A stretch of 39,162 nt of DNA, taken from NCBI GenBank assembly GCA_039814655.1, contig JBCCAW010000003.1, forward strand, positions 1 through 39,162, written 5' to 3'. Origin of the DNA: Myxococcota bacterium. GTDB lineage: Bacteria > Myxococcota_A > Polyangia > Polyangiales > Houyiibacteriaceae. The notes under the pieces are model-generated. The model saw only the letters and a list, made by a program, of their open reading frames with translations. It was not told the origin of the DNA and did no database searches. Shown here one piece after another: positions 24,832 to 34,188 of the stretch. Numbering within the stretch: position 1 is the first letter of the stretch; each line of letters opens with the position of its first letter. Position numbers and translations under genes: made by a program.

Positions 24832-25343
24832 GGGTTGTACATGCTCGCGGTGGCCTCGAGCTCGACGCGCAGCGGAGCCTCTTCTCCTGGCGGTGCTTCG
24901 ACGATGAGGTCGAAGTCCGTGCTCCCGAGCGGCGCGTCGACCCCAAACGTCCTCGAGAGGGCTAGGGCCACCGGGTCGTCATGAACGAGCACGGTGTCGA
25001 TGGCCCCCGCGTCCCGCGCGGCCACAAACCCGCGGCTGGCCTGAACGAGCTGCCCCGGCGGCACGCGAAGCGTGACGCGGACTCCGCTCGCTGCCCGGTC
25101 CACGAGCAGGAACAGGCGTAGGTCTCCGGGCCGTGGCGCGTCGAGGTTCGAGGTCCGCAGCTCCCCGCGCACGAAGACGCGCTCGCCCGGCGCGAGGCGG
25201 AGGGTGATCGCGTCGTCGCCGGCGCCTTCGATGAGCTCCGGGGGCCCGCCGGTCCCGAGGCCCGTCAGCACGCCGGCCAAGAGCACGACCTTGGCCATCC
25301 GCTCCCGCGTCGAGGCGCGCTGCGCTCCGCCGGCGAGGCTCAT
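24732..25343 (-). CDS. Hypothetical exported protein
   Basis: ATGA overlap with the upstream gene at 25340-25343; hydrophobic KVVLLAGVLTGLG; beta-rich body. Confidence 0.55.
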   Translation of the reverse strand: MSLAGGAQRASTRERMAKVVLLAGVLTGLGTGGPPELIEGAGDDAITLRLAPGERVFVRGELRTSNLDAPRPGDLRLFLLVDRAASGVRVTLRVPPGQLVQASRGFVAARDAGAIDTVLVHDDPVALALSRTFGVDAPLGSTDFDLIVEAPPGEEAPLRVELEATASMYNPYPSVGLACSRRDVRRSRPVVRLSLEELGRRSP

Positions 25344-25897
25344 TCCGCGGACTCCGCGCCCGTGATGCCTTCGACGGTGAGGCGCACGTCCGGCGGCGCT
25401 GCGTCGCAGGCGGCGATCATGCCGTTCGCGTTGCTGAAGCGGGCTCCGATGACCACGCGAAGCCGTACGGCGCCGGCGGCCTCGACGCGGAGCTGCACGC
25501 GCGACAGGCCCGGAAGATCGCCCAGCCCGACGAGGCCTCCGGCCGGCGAAGCTCCCATGTCCGGCGCCGCCGAGACGCCCGCTCCCACGGTCATGGACGG
25601 AGGATAAACCACCCCATCGCCCACCTCCGCCCCGGCGGCGCTGGCGTCGCTCAGGAGTAAGAGGCGCGCGTTCCGCCCGGCTCCGAAGACCGACACGCTG
25701 AGCAGCCCTCCGCGGGACCCGTCGCGACCGCGCGCGTCGACGACGAAGTCCACCTCGACGGGCACCCCGCCGCCGACGGCGTCGAGCACGAGCTCCCGCT
25801 GCGCGAAACCCGTGTCGGCGGGGTCCACGCGACAGGCGAGGAGGAGTGCGAGCGCCGCGAGCCCCTCGCGTGCGCCGCGCCGCGACCAAGAAAGCAC
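25340..25897 (-). CDS. Hypothetical lipoprotein
   Basis: RRGAREGLAALALLLAC lipobox-like; typical codon bias. Confidence 0.55.
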   Translation of the reverse strand: MLSWSRRGAREGLAALALLLACRVDPADTGFAQRELVLDAVGGGVPVEVDFVVDARGRDGSRGGLLSVSVFGAGRNARLLLLSDASAAGAEVGDGVVYPPSMTVGAGVSAAPDMGASPAGGLVGLGDLPGLSRVQLRVEAAGAVRLRVVIGARFSNANGMIAACDAAPPDVRLTVEGITGAESAE

Positions 25898-25933
25898 GCC
25901 CTCACCATCGACCGCTCCGGCGGTCCGGGCAAG

Positions 25934-27397
25934 TCACCACGCTCGGGGGCGCGGGAGCGCCTGCACGAGGCGCCCGAGCACCGGGCGCGTCGCACGGATT
26001 CGGAGCGTCGTTCCCGTCTCGCCGTGCGTCTCGGTCAGCACCCGCGCTTCCGCGTGCATGCGGGCCACGAGCGCGTGCTGAGCCCAGGGAACGAAGAGCT
26101 CGGCCTCTTCGAGGTCCGCCTCGAAGAAGGCGACGATGCGGCCCCGGAGCGCGGCCAGGTCGCCATCGTCCCGGGCGCTCAAGAGCACGGCCTCGGGGTG
26201 CTCGGCGCGCACCGCGGATCGCGTCTCATCGTCGAGAAGGTCGGCCTTGTTGAGCACCAGCAGGCAGGGCCGCTCGCCCTCCTCGCGGCGAAGGCCTGCG
26301 GGCACGGCTCCCTTCACGAGCGGCCGCAGCAGGAGCCCGAGCTCTTCGAGCACCTCGCGGGTCACCGCGAGCTGCTCGCGCCAGGCCACGTCCGCGGCGT
26401 CCACGACCTGGATGAGCAGGCTGGCCTCCCGCGCCTCCTCGAGCGTGCTCCGGAAGGAGGCGACCAGGTCATGGGGCAGCTTCTTGATGAAGCCGACGGT
26501 GTCGCTCACGAGCACCGGGGGCTTGGGCTCGGGCTGGAGCCGGCGCACGGTCGTGTCGAGCGTCGCGAAGAGCTCGTCGGCCACGTAGCCCTCGCTCGCG
26601 GTGAGGCGCCGGAACCACGAGCTCTTTCCGGCGTTCGTGTAGCCGACGAGCGCTACCGTATCGCCGCGCTCGCGCCGGCGTGCGCGACGTACGGCATCCT
26701 CCGACGAGATGGCGCTCAGCTCCTGGCGGAGCTCGGCGATTCGGTCCCGGATGCGCCGCCGGTCGAGCTCGAGGGCCGACTCGCCAGCGCCCTTGCCGCC
26801 GATGCCGCCGCGCTGACGTTCCCGGCCTCCCGGGCTTTCGCGTAGGCGCGGTGCGTCGTAGCTCAGCCGGGCAATCTCCACCTGCAGCTTCGCCTCCCGC
26901 GTCCGGGCGTGGCGCTGGAAGATGCGGAGGATCAGCGAGCTCCGGTCGATGACCTCGGCGCCCACGGCCTTCTCGAGGTTGCGCGCCTGCCGCGGACTCA
27001 GCTCGTGGTCGACGACCACCACCGTCGCGCCCTCCGGCGCTTCCCCCGCCTCGGACGCTCCCGGCGAAGGAACCTCGCGCGCCTCCACCGGCGCCGCGCG
27101 CTTCCGCCGGCCGCCGTGGGTCCCCGGCGGCCCAGGCTCAGGCACGGCGCCGGGCCCACCGGTCCACTCCGCGAGCTCCCGGAGCTTGCCCGTGCCCACC
27201 ACGGCGGCGGCTGCGAGTCGCTCCCGCTTTTGCGTCACGCGGGCGACGGGCGCGAGGCCGAGCGTGGTCGCGAGCCGCGCGAGCTCGTCGAGGCTCGACG
27301 CGAGCTCGGCGTCGCTCACCTCGGGGAGCTGCACGCCGAGCAGCACGGCCCGGGGCCGCCCCGCGAGCCCTTCCGTGCGTCGGGTCGAGTCGTGCAT
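25934..27397 (-). CDS. hflX: Ribosome-splitting GTPase HflX
   Basis: IFQRHARTREAKLQVEIARL, G1 GYTNAGKS, G2 LFATLDT, G3 DTVGFI, G4 NKAD; ATG 27397. Confidence 0.95.
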   Translation of the reverse strand: MHDSTRRTEGLAGRPRAVLLGVQLPEVSDAELASSLDELARLATTLGLAPVARVTQKRERLAAAAVVGTGKLRELAEWTGGPGAVPEPGPPGTHGGRRKRAAPVEAREVPSPGASEAGEAPEGATVVVVDHELSPRQARNLEKAVGAEVIDRSSLILRIFQRHARTREAKLQVEIARLSYDAPRLRESPGGRERQRGGIGGKGAGESALELDRRRIRDRIAELRQELSAISSEDAVRRARRRERGDTVALVGYTNAGKSSWFRRLTASEGYVADELFATLDTTVRRLQPEPKPPVLVSDTVGFIKKLPHDLVASFRSTLEEAREASLLIQVVDAADVAWREQLAVTREVLEELGLLLRPLVKGAVPAGLRREEGERPCLLVLNKADLLDDETRSAVRAEHPEAVLLSARDDGDLAALRGRIVAFFEADLEEAELFVPWAQHALVARMHAEARVLTETHGETGTTLRIRATRPVLGRLVQALPRPRAW

Positions 27398-27514
27398 GGG
27401 CAGCGCGGAACCATGGGCCCGGGCCGGACCGGCGCAAGGCGAGCCCGCGCCTCGCAGAACCTGCGGCCCCTCGGAAGCTTGCCCGCCGATCCTGGCGTTG
27501 GTAGCCCGGCTCCC

Positions 27515-28855
27515 ATGCGCGCGCCTCACCCCCCGGCTCCTCGCCTGCTCCGCCCCTCCCTGCTCCTCGCCCTCGCCTGCGGCGGCGGCGAGAAGCAACC
27601 GGATCCCGCGGCTACGCCGGCCACAAGCGGGGTGACCACGCCGCCACGACCGTCCCCGCCGGCGCAGCCCACGGCCACGCCCGGGGCCCTTCCCAGCGAC
27701 CTGCCCACGGGCCTCGTCATCGGCTACTCGCCCTTCGAGGCCGACGACCAGGGGCGCTACATCCGCCCAGCGCCCGCGCGCCTCGAGATGCTCGTCCGCC
27801 GGGGCGGTGAGTGGCGCGTCTCCGCGATCACCGACGGCGACAGCAACGTCTTCCACAAGGCGGTCTTTCTGGACGACGCGCTCGTGACCATCGGCGGCAT
27901 GGGCGCCTACGTGAAGCGCTGGACCCGCGAGGCCGGCGCGTGGACCGGCCAGACCTTGTGGACCGAGGCCTTCGGCGGTCGCATCGACCGCATGCGTGAC
28001 GTCGAGGTCGGCGATCTCTACGGGGACGGGAAGCCCGCGCTCGCCATCGCCACGCACGACCAGGGCGTCGTAGCGGCGCTACGGCAGACCGGCGAAGGGT
28101 GGGTCGTGGACCGCCTCGACCGCCGCGAAAACACCTTCGTGCACGAGATCGAGCTCGGGGACCTCGACGGAGACGGCACGCTGGAGATCTACGCGACGCC
28201 GAGCGAACCCAACCAGGTGGGCGTGGAGCAGTCCGGCGAGGTCGTCCGCTACGTGCCGAAGGACGGCGAAGGACGAACGGTCGTCGCCGACCTCGGCAAC
28301 CGCCACGCCAAGGAGATTTGGGTCGGGGACGCGGACGGCGACGGCCGCGACGAGCTCTACGTCTCCGTTGAAGGGCTAACGCGCCGCGACGGGGGCCAGC
28401 TCACGATCCAGGATCCCGTGGAGATCCGTCGCTACGACGCCGGCACGGCGCCGGACGCCGGCGTGGTCATCGCGCGCATCGAGGGCGACCACCTGATGCG
28501 CTTCTTGACCGTCGGCGACGTGGACGGCGACGGGAAGAAGGAGATGGTAGCCGCGAGCTTCAGCCGCGGGCTCTGGCTGCTGCGGCCGGGCTCGAACCCG
28601 CGCGGCGAGTGGTCGAAGGAGAGCATCGACCGGGACAGCGGCGGCTTCGAGCACGCCTCGCTCCTGGCTGACCTCGATAGCGACGGCCGCGACGAGCTCT
28701 ACGTGGCGTCGGACAACGACGGGGAGCTGCGCCGCTACGTGTGGGTCGCCGGCCGCGCGCGCCGCGAGGTGATTCACCGCCGCGTGGCGCCACGTTCCAT
28801 GATCACCTGGAACCTGACCACGGCGCCGGCCGCGTTCCTCGCTCCGCCCAACTGA
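27515..28855 (+). CDS. FG-GAP/VCBS repeat lipoprotein
   Basis: Lipobox ALAC, Pro/Thr linker, five repeats: GDLYGDGK, GDLDGDGT, GDADGDGR, GDVDGDGK, ADLDSDGR; ATG 27515. Confidence 0.85.
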   Translation: MRAPHPPAPRLLRPSLLLALACGGGEKQPDPAATPATSGVTTPPRPSPPAQPTATPGALPSDLPTGLVIGYSPFEADDQGRYIRPAPARLEMLVRRGGEWRVSAITDGDSNVFHKAVFLDDALVTIGGMGAYVKRWTREAGAWTGQTLWTEAFGGRIDRMRDVEVGDLYGDGKPALAIATHDQGVVAALRQTGEGWVVDRLDRRENTFVHEIELGDLDGDGTLEIYATPSEPNQVGVEQSGEVVRYVPKDGEGRTVVADLGNRHAKEIWVGDADGDGRDELYVSVEGLTRRDGGQLTIQDPVEIRRYDAGTAPDAGVVIARIEGDHLMRFLTVGDVDGDGKKEMVAASFSRGLWLLRPGSNPRGEWSKESIDRDSGGFEHASLLADLDSDGRDELYVASDNDGELRRYVWVAGRARREVIHRRVAPRSMITWNLTTAPAAFLAPPN

Positions 28856-28862
28856 GGCGGCA

Positions 28863-30044
28863 TCAGCCGTCCGGCTGGCCCATGCTTCCGTCGACGGTGC
28901 TGCTCGGCGTGGGGGCCGGGCGCGGCGCCGGCAGTTCCTTCGGGCTTTGGAGCGTGGCCGCCGGGACGACGCTCTCGCGCTCGCTGCGGAGCGTGCGCGG
29001 CGCGGCGCTCTCGAGGGCCACGCGGCCCGTTTCGAGGCTGGCCGGCGTGCTCTCGAGCGTCCCGCTCTGCGCGGTCGACGACTGGAGCGTGGACGAGCCG
29101 TAGGCGCGGAGCGCTTGGAAGGTCATCACCGTCGCGCGGGCGCCGCGAGGCTCACCGGAGCCGACGGAGAGCCCCTGGTCGTCCGCGGCGGCGTCCGGCT
29201 GCGGGGCACGCTCCGTGGCCTCGGCCACGCGCTCCTGCCGGAGCTCGACCCGGGCCTTGGCCGCGGCCTGGTCGGCCTGCGCGGCCACGCGACGGTCCGC
29301 GCTCGAGGGCTCGGCGGGTGCCAGCGCGGCCCGCTTCACCTGACGCATCTTCTTGATGGTCTCCTGCGGGTCGCCGGGCACCGGCGATACGTCCACGGGC
29401 ACGCTGCCGGCGACGGCGTAGGCCCGCCCGTCCGGACCGCGCTCGAACTGATAGCTCGGCGCGCCAGTGTATTGGCCGCCGGCCACCACGTGGGCCATCT
29501 CGTGGCGCCGCACCTCGGCGTCACGCTGCTTGAGCTCGGCTACCCGGCGCTGCTCTGGGTCCGACAATTCCTGAGCGTCGTTGCTCGCCTCGTCGCCAGT
29601 GTCCCCGGAGGAGCGGCCCGCCTCTTGCGCAGTGCCCTCCGCCGGCGCTGCGCCTTCGCCGTGCGGAGCGGTCTGCGGCGACGGGGACGCCTCCGCCGGG
29701 GTGCGCGGCGCATCCCCGGCGGGCGCCGGCGACCCGGCCTCCGAGCCCGGAAGCCGCGGCACGTCGGCTGTCGCTTCGTGCGCGGGTGTACCGGGGAGGC
29801 GAAGGGGCGCCACCTCCACGGCGCCGGGCCGTTGCTCGCGCTGCGGCATGCCCAGGCCTCGCTCGAGGTAGCGTGCCCGGGCGCTTTCTTCGGAGGCGTC
29901 GGTGCCACGTACGCGCTCGTCGCTCGACGTGAGCGTCACCTCGGCGGCCTCGTCCCGGCGCGTCTGGTCCTCGGATCCAGGGACGCGGCGCGCCTCGCTC
30001 GCGCGAAGGCGCTGGGCGTCTTGGGTCTCGAGGCGGCGCGCCAT
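28863..30044 (-). CDS. SprA-related family protein (putative metalloprotease)
   Basis: [15 protein letters not shown]...[13 protein letters not shown]...[19 protein letters not shown] core with low-complexity flanks; start uncertain. Confidence 0.85.
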   Translation of the reverse strand: MARRLETQDAQRLRASEARRVPGSEDQTRRDEAAEVTLTSSDERVRGTDASEESARARYLERGLGMPQREQRPGAVEVAPLRLPGTPAHEATADVPRLPGSEAGSPAPAGDAPRTPAEASPSPQTAPHGEGAAPAEGTAQEAGRSSGDTGDEASNDAQELSDPEQRRVAELKQRDAEVRRHEMAHVVAGGQYTGAPSYQFERGPDGRAYAVAGSVPVDVSPVPGDPQETIKKMRQVKRAALAPAEPSSADRRVAAQADQAAAKARVELRQERVAEATERAPQPDAAADDQGLSVGSGEPRGARATVMTFQALRAYGSSTLQSSTAQSGTLESTPASLETGRVALESAAPRTLRSERESVVPAATLQSPKELPAPRPAPTPSSTVDGSMGQPDG

Positions 30045-30157
30045 GTCGAGGCGCCCGCGGCCGGGGCTCGTGTTGATCACGGGGTGCTTCCGATCACGGG
30101 GAATCGGCCGGAGCACGGCGTCCCTTGAGCCACGAAAGCACAAGACCCTCACAAAGA

Positions 30158-30196
30158 GTCATTCATGACCTATGAAATGCCAATAAATTGCCAATA
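30158..30196. promoter_or_regulatory. AT-rich regulatory patch with palindrome, direct repeat and sigma54-like element
   Basis: GTCAT-TC-ATGAC (30158-30169); TGCCAATA at 30178 and 30189; minus strand TGGCAATTTATTGGCA fits GG-N10-GC. Confidence 0.5.
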
Positions 30197-30341
30197 GCGC
30201 CTTCTCTGCCGCACAGCGAGGGAAGCGTGCCGTCGGCCCTCGAGGACCCCGGGCGTTGCTTCCGCCGGCGCCCTGCGCTAGGTCCTCCGGCCCGGGCGGC
30301 AGCGGAAACGCCGCACCAGCCCCACGCCCGGCCCCCGCATC

Positions 30342-30620
30342 ATGTACCGCTGCGAGCTCTGCAACGTCGTCCAGCCCCCGCGCACCCCCGTCGTCAAGGT
30401 GACCACCGAGTCACGGCCGACGGAATACCCGAGCCGTCCCAAGGCCAACCGCCTTCGCATCGGCCGAAAGATGAAGAGCTTCGACGACCCCGGCGGCGCC
30501 GGGTACGAGATCGCCAAGGAAGCGGACGCTTGCCCCGCTTGCGCGGCCGAGTTCGAGGCCAAGCAGGCCGAGCGCGAGGCCGCCGGCGTCTTCGACGACG
30601 CCCAGCCCGCCGCGGTCTGA
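30342..30620 (+). CDS. Small putative zinc-ribbon protein (92 aa)
   Basis: CELC at the N-terminus and CPAC near the C-terminus; strong codon bias; upstream TTGCTT-17-TAGGTC. Confidence 0.75.
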   Translation: MYRCELCNVVQPPRTPVVKVTTESRPTEYPSRPKANRLRIGRKMKSFDDPGGAGYEIAKEADACPACAAEFEAKQAEREAAGVFDDAQPAAV

Positions 30621-30839
30621 CGGGCCCCGCCCAGCGGACGCAGCTCGTCGCACGCCCCGCCCGCGCTCATGCGGCCGGGGCGTCGTCGTCCGAGCCCCGG
30701 CGCAGGGGGTCACGCCCGCTTCCCACCTCGCCGTACTGACGGCCTCACCCTTGCGGTCCCGCCGCCCTCCACCCAAGGTGCCCCCGTCGGGGTCCGAGCT
30801 TTCGCTCGCGCTCCGCCTCTAGCGAAAATCAGGAGCTCC

Positions 30840-33572
30840 GTGTCGCGATCCCTCGTCATCGTCGAGTCCCCGGCCAAGGCCAGCACCATCCAGAAGTTCC
30901 TAGGCGACGACTACGTCGTCGAGTCGAGCGTGGGACACATCCGGGACCTGGCCCGACCCACCGAGCTCTCCAAGGAGCTCAAGAAGAAGAGCAAGTACAT
31001 CCAGAAGTTCGCCGTCGACGTCGAGAACGACTTCGAGCCGATCTACGTGGTGAGCGGCGACAAGAAGCAGCAAATCACCAAGCTCAAACGAGAGCTGAAG
31101 GCGAGCGACGAGCTCCTGCTCGCGACCGATGAAGACCGCGAGGGGGAGAGCATCGCCTGGCATCTGCTCGAGGTGCTGAAGCCGCGCGTGCCCGTGAAGC
31201 GCATGGTGTTTCACGAGATCACAAAGGGCGCGATTCAGAAGGCCGTCTCGAACCCGCGGGAGCTCGACAAGGACCTGGTCGACGCGCAGGAGGCGCGGCG
31301 CATCCTGGACCGGCTCTACGGCTTCGCCATGAGCGGCGTCGTGCAGCGCCGGGGCCGCGCCAAGAGCGCCGGCCGGGTGCAGTCCGTCGCGACACGCATC
31401 ATCGTCGAGCGCGAGCGGTACCGCATCGCCTTCCGCCGGGCGAGCTACTGGGACCTCGAGGCCGCACTCCGCACCGAGGCCGGCGCCGAGCTCACGGCGA
31501 CGCTCGTCGACATCGACGGCTCCCGCGTCGCGACGGGCCGGGATTTCGGCGACGACGGCAAGCTGACCAAGGAGGGCCTCGTCGCCCTCGGCGAGGCGGA
31601 CGCGAAGTCCCTCGAGGCCGCGCTGAAGGGAGCGCCCTTCCGCGTGGCGAGCGTCGAGCGAAAGAACTTCAAGCGCTCTCCGGCCGCACCCTTCATGACC
31701 TCGACGCTTCAGCAGGAGGCCGGCCGCAAGCTCCGCTTCGGGTCGAAGCGCACCATGGCAGCGGCGCAGCGTCTCTACGAGAACGGCCACATCACCTACA
31801 TGCGTACGGACAGCACCACGCTCTCCGATACGGCGCTCAAAGCCACCCGGACGCTCATCGCCGAGCGCTTCACCTCCGCGGACCTCCCGGACAAGCCGCG
31901 CCTTTACAAGCGCAAGGTGAAAAACGCGCAGGAGGCCCATGAGGCCGTGCGCCCCGCCGGTGACACCTTCCAGGATCCGAAGGCCGTGGCCCGGCACTAC
32001 GGCGGACCGCGCGCCGACGAGGCGCGGCTCTACGAGCTCATCTGGAAGCGCACCGTCGCCTCGCAGATGGCCGACGCGCGAGGCGAGAGCCTGGTGGTCC
32101 GCATCGAGGCCAAGGCCATGGACGGCCGCGTGGCCACCTTCACGGTGCGCGGACAGACCATCACCTTCCCGGGCTTCATCAAGGCCTACGTTGAGGGCAG
32201 CGACGACCCGCAGGCGGAGCTCGAGAGCCGGGACAAGCTGCTCCCGCCGCTCCAGGCCGAGCAGCTCCTCGAGAGCCTCGGCTGCACCCCGCGGGGCCAC
32301 GAGACGCAGCCGCCGGCGCGCTTCACGGAGGCCTCGCTCGTGAAGCGCCTCGAGGAGCTCGGCGTGGGACGCCCGTCGACCTATGCCTCCATCCTCGGCG
32401 TGATCCAGGACCGGGGCTACGTGTGGAAGAAGGGCCAGGCGCTCGTCCCTTCCTTCAAGGCCTTCCAGGTCGTGCGTCTCCTCGAGGAGCACTTCGGCCA
32501 CCTGGTCGACTACACCTTCACCGCGCGCATGGAGGATGACCTCGACGGAATCGCGTCGGGGAGCGAGAAGCGGGGCCGCTGGCTGCGCCGCTTCTTCCTC
32601 GGTGACGGCGGCGCCGAGGGCCTCGAGCAGCTCGTCGAAGGCAAGCTCGAGAGCATCGATCTCGACGAGGTGAAGCGCCTCGAGACCTTCCCCATCGGCA
32701 CGACGGAGGAGGGCAAGTCCATCGTGGCGCGCGTCGGTCAGTACGGGCCCTACGTGACCATCGAGGGCGAGGACGTGACCGCGAGCGTCCCGGAAGACCT
32801 CCCGCCGGACGAGCTCACGCTCGAAAAGGCCGTGGAGCTCCTGCAGGCCCCGAGCGGGGACCGGGTGCTCGGGCAGGACCCGGCCACGGGCCTCGACGTC
32901 ATCGCCAAGGCCGGCCGCTACGGCCCCTTCGTGCAGCTCGGCGAGGCGAAGAAGGGCTCGAAGGAGAAGCCCAAGACGGCGTCGCTCTTCAAGAGCATGG
33001 CCCCCGATACGGTGAGCCTCGAGGAAGCCCTGCGGCTGCTCTCGCTGCCGCGGACCGTGGGTACGGCGCCGGACGGGGAGACCATCGAGGCACGCAACGG
33101 TCGCTACGGACCCTTCATCGCCAAGGGCAAGGACAACCGGAGCCTCGAGACGGAGGAGCAGATCTTCTCGGTCACCGTGGAGCAGGCGCTGGCGCTGCTC
33201 GCGCAACCCAAGCGCCGGGGCCGCGCCGCGGCCAAGCCGCCGCTGAAGGAGCTCGGCGACGACGGCGTGAGTGGCAAGCCCATCGTGCTGAAGGAAGGCC
33301 GCTACGGGCTCTACGTCACCGACGGGGAGACGAACGCGTCGCTCCGGACCGGGGACACGCAGGAGAACATCACGCCCGAGCGCGCCCAGGAGCTGCTCGC
33401 GCTGCGCCGTCTGAAGCAGGGCACAAAGAAGCCCGCGAAGAAAAAGACGGCGAAGAAGAAGACCACGAAGAAGGCCGCCAAGAAGACCGCGAAGAAGGCG
33501 GCCAAAAAGACCGCCAAGAGGACCACGAAGAAGGCCGCCAAGAAGGCGCAGCCGTCTTCTCCGGCGGAGTGA
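30840..33572 (+). CDS. topA: DNA topoisomerase I with C-terminal repeats and Lys-rich tail
   Basis: LVIVESPAKA, ATDEDREGE, SAGRVQS, ITYMRTDS, GRPSTY; four G(R/Q)YG repeats; no CxxC ribbons; GTG 30840 after AGGAG. Confidence 0.97.
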   Translation: MSRSLVIVESPAKASTIQKFLGDDYVVESSVGHIRDLARPTELSKELKKKSKYIQKFAVDVENDFEPIYVVSGDKKQQITKLKRELKASDELLLATDEDREGESIAWHLLEVLKPRVPVKRMVFHEITKGAIQKAVSNPRELDKDLVDAQEARRILDRLYGFAMSGVVQRRGRAKSAGRVQSVATRIIVERERYRIAFRRASYWDLEAALRTEAGAELTATLVDIDGSRVATGRDFGDDGKLTKEGLVALGEADAKSLEAALKGAPFRVASVERKNFKRSPAAPFMTSTLQQEAGRKLRFGSKRTMAAAQRLYENGHITYMRTDSTTLSDTALKATRTLIAERFTSADLPDKPRLYKRKVKNAQEAHEAVRPAGDTFQDPKAVARHYGGPRADEARLYELIWKRTVASQMADARGESLVVRIEAKAMDGRVATFTVRGQTITFPGFIKAYVEGSDDPQAELESRDKLLPPLQAEQLLESLGCTPRGHETQPPARFTEASLVKRLEELGVGRPSTYASILGVIQDRGYVWKKGQALVPSFKAFQVVRLLEEHFGHLVDYTFTARMEDDLDGIASGSEKRGRWLRRFFLGDGGAEGLEQLVEGKLESIDLDEVKRLETFPIGTTEEGKSIVARVGQYGPYVTIEGEDVTASVPEDLPPDELTLEKAVELLQAPSGDRVLGQDPATGLDVIAKAGRYGPFVQLGEAKKGSKEKPKTASLFKSMAPDTVSLEEALRLLSLPRTVGTAPDGETIEARNGRYGPFIAKGKDNRSLETEEQIFSVTVEQALALLAQPKRRGRAAAKPPLKELGDDGVSGKPIVLKEGRYGLYVTDGETNASLRTGDTQENITPERAQELLALRRLKQGTKKPAKKKTAKKKTTKKAAKKTAKKAAKKTAKRTTKKAAKKAQPSSPAE
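33426..33548 (+). repeat. Lys/Ala/Thr repeat encoding the TopA tail
   Basis: KKPAKKKTAKKKTTKKAAKKTAKKAAKKTAKRTTKKAAKKA. Confidence 0.9.
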
Positions 33573-33676
33573 GCCCGGGCATGGCCCTCGCGCCAACGCG
33601 GCGGTCGATTGCCCCCGAAGGACCGTGGAGACCTTCGTTGCTTCTGCCGAGGACGTCTACGGCGCGACCCGCGGAC

Positions 33677-34105
33677 TCAGCCGCAGTCGTCGCATTTGCC
33701 GCGTACGTGAACCTCGCCCTGACCCTCCGTGAGGGCCCGGGGGAGCCCGGGAACCGGCGCGAAGGCCAAGGCCTCCTCGGGCAGGCACTGCACGTTCCCG
33801 CACTCGACGCAGACGAAATGCGGATGCCCTTCGGCGTCCGGTTCGGCGCCCTCGCGGCCTTCGAATCGCCATACGTGGTCCCCCACGTCGAGGCGCCGGG
33901 CGAGGCCCGCCTCCACCAGATCCGTGAGGTTGCGGTAGACCGTGGCCCGGTCGAAGCCGTGTTCGGCGACGAGTTCGCAGACCTGCGCGTGGGTGACCGG
34001 GAGCCCATGGTCGCGAAGTGCCGTGTAGACCCGGAGGCGCGCGGGCGTCGCGCGCAGGCCCTTGGCGCGCAGGAGCGCTCGAAGCGCGGGGTCCGGTGCC
34101 TCCAC
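33677..34105 (-). CDS. Fur family transcriptional regulator, probably Zur-like
   Basis: GLRATPAR, DRATVYRNL, HPHFVCVECG, GKCDDC; start GTG 34105 or 34144. Confidence 0.9.
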   Translation of the reverse strand: MEAPDPALRALLRAKGLRATPARLRVYTALRDHGLPVTHAQVCELVAEHGFDRATVYRNLTDLVEAGLARRLDVGDHVWRFEGREGAEPDAEGHPHFVCVECGNVQCLPEEALAFAPVPGLPRALTEGQGEVHVRGKCDDCG

Positions 34106-34142
34106 CTTCGCAAGGTCCCATGCATGGAGGGGCCTCGCAACC

Positions 34143-34159
34143 ACGCAACTGCGTTGCAG
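34143..34159. promoter_or_regulatory. Candidate Zur/Fur-family operator
   Basis: ACGCAAC-TGC-GTTGCAG inverted repeat between the divergent regulator and permease, about 17 nt upstream of the permease -10 TAGGTT. Confidence 0.7.
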
Positions 34160-34188
34160 GTGCGAAGCTCACACCTTAGGTTGCGCCG

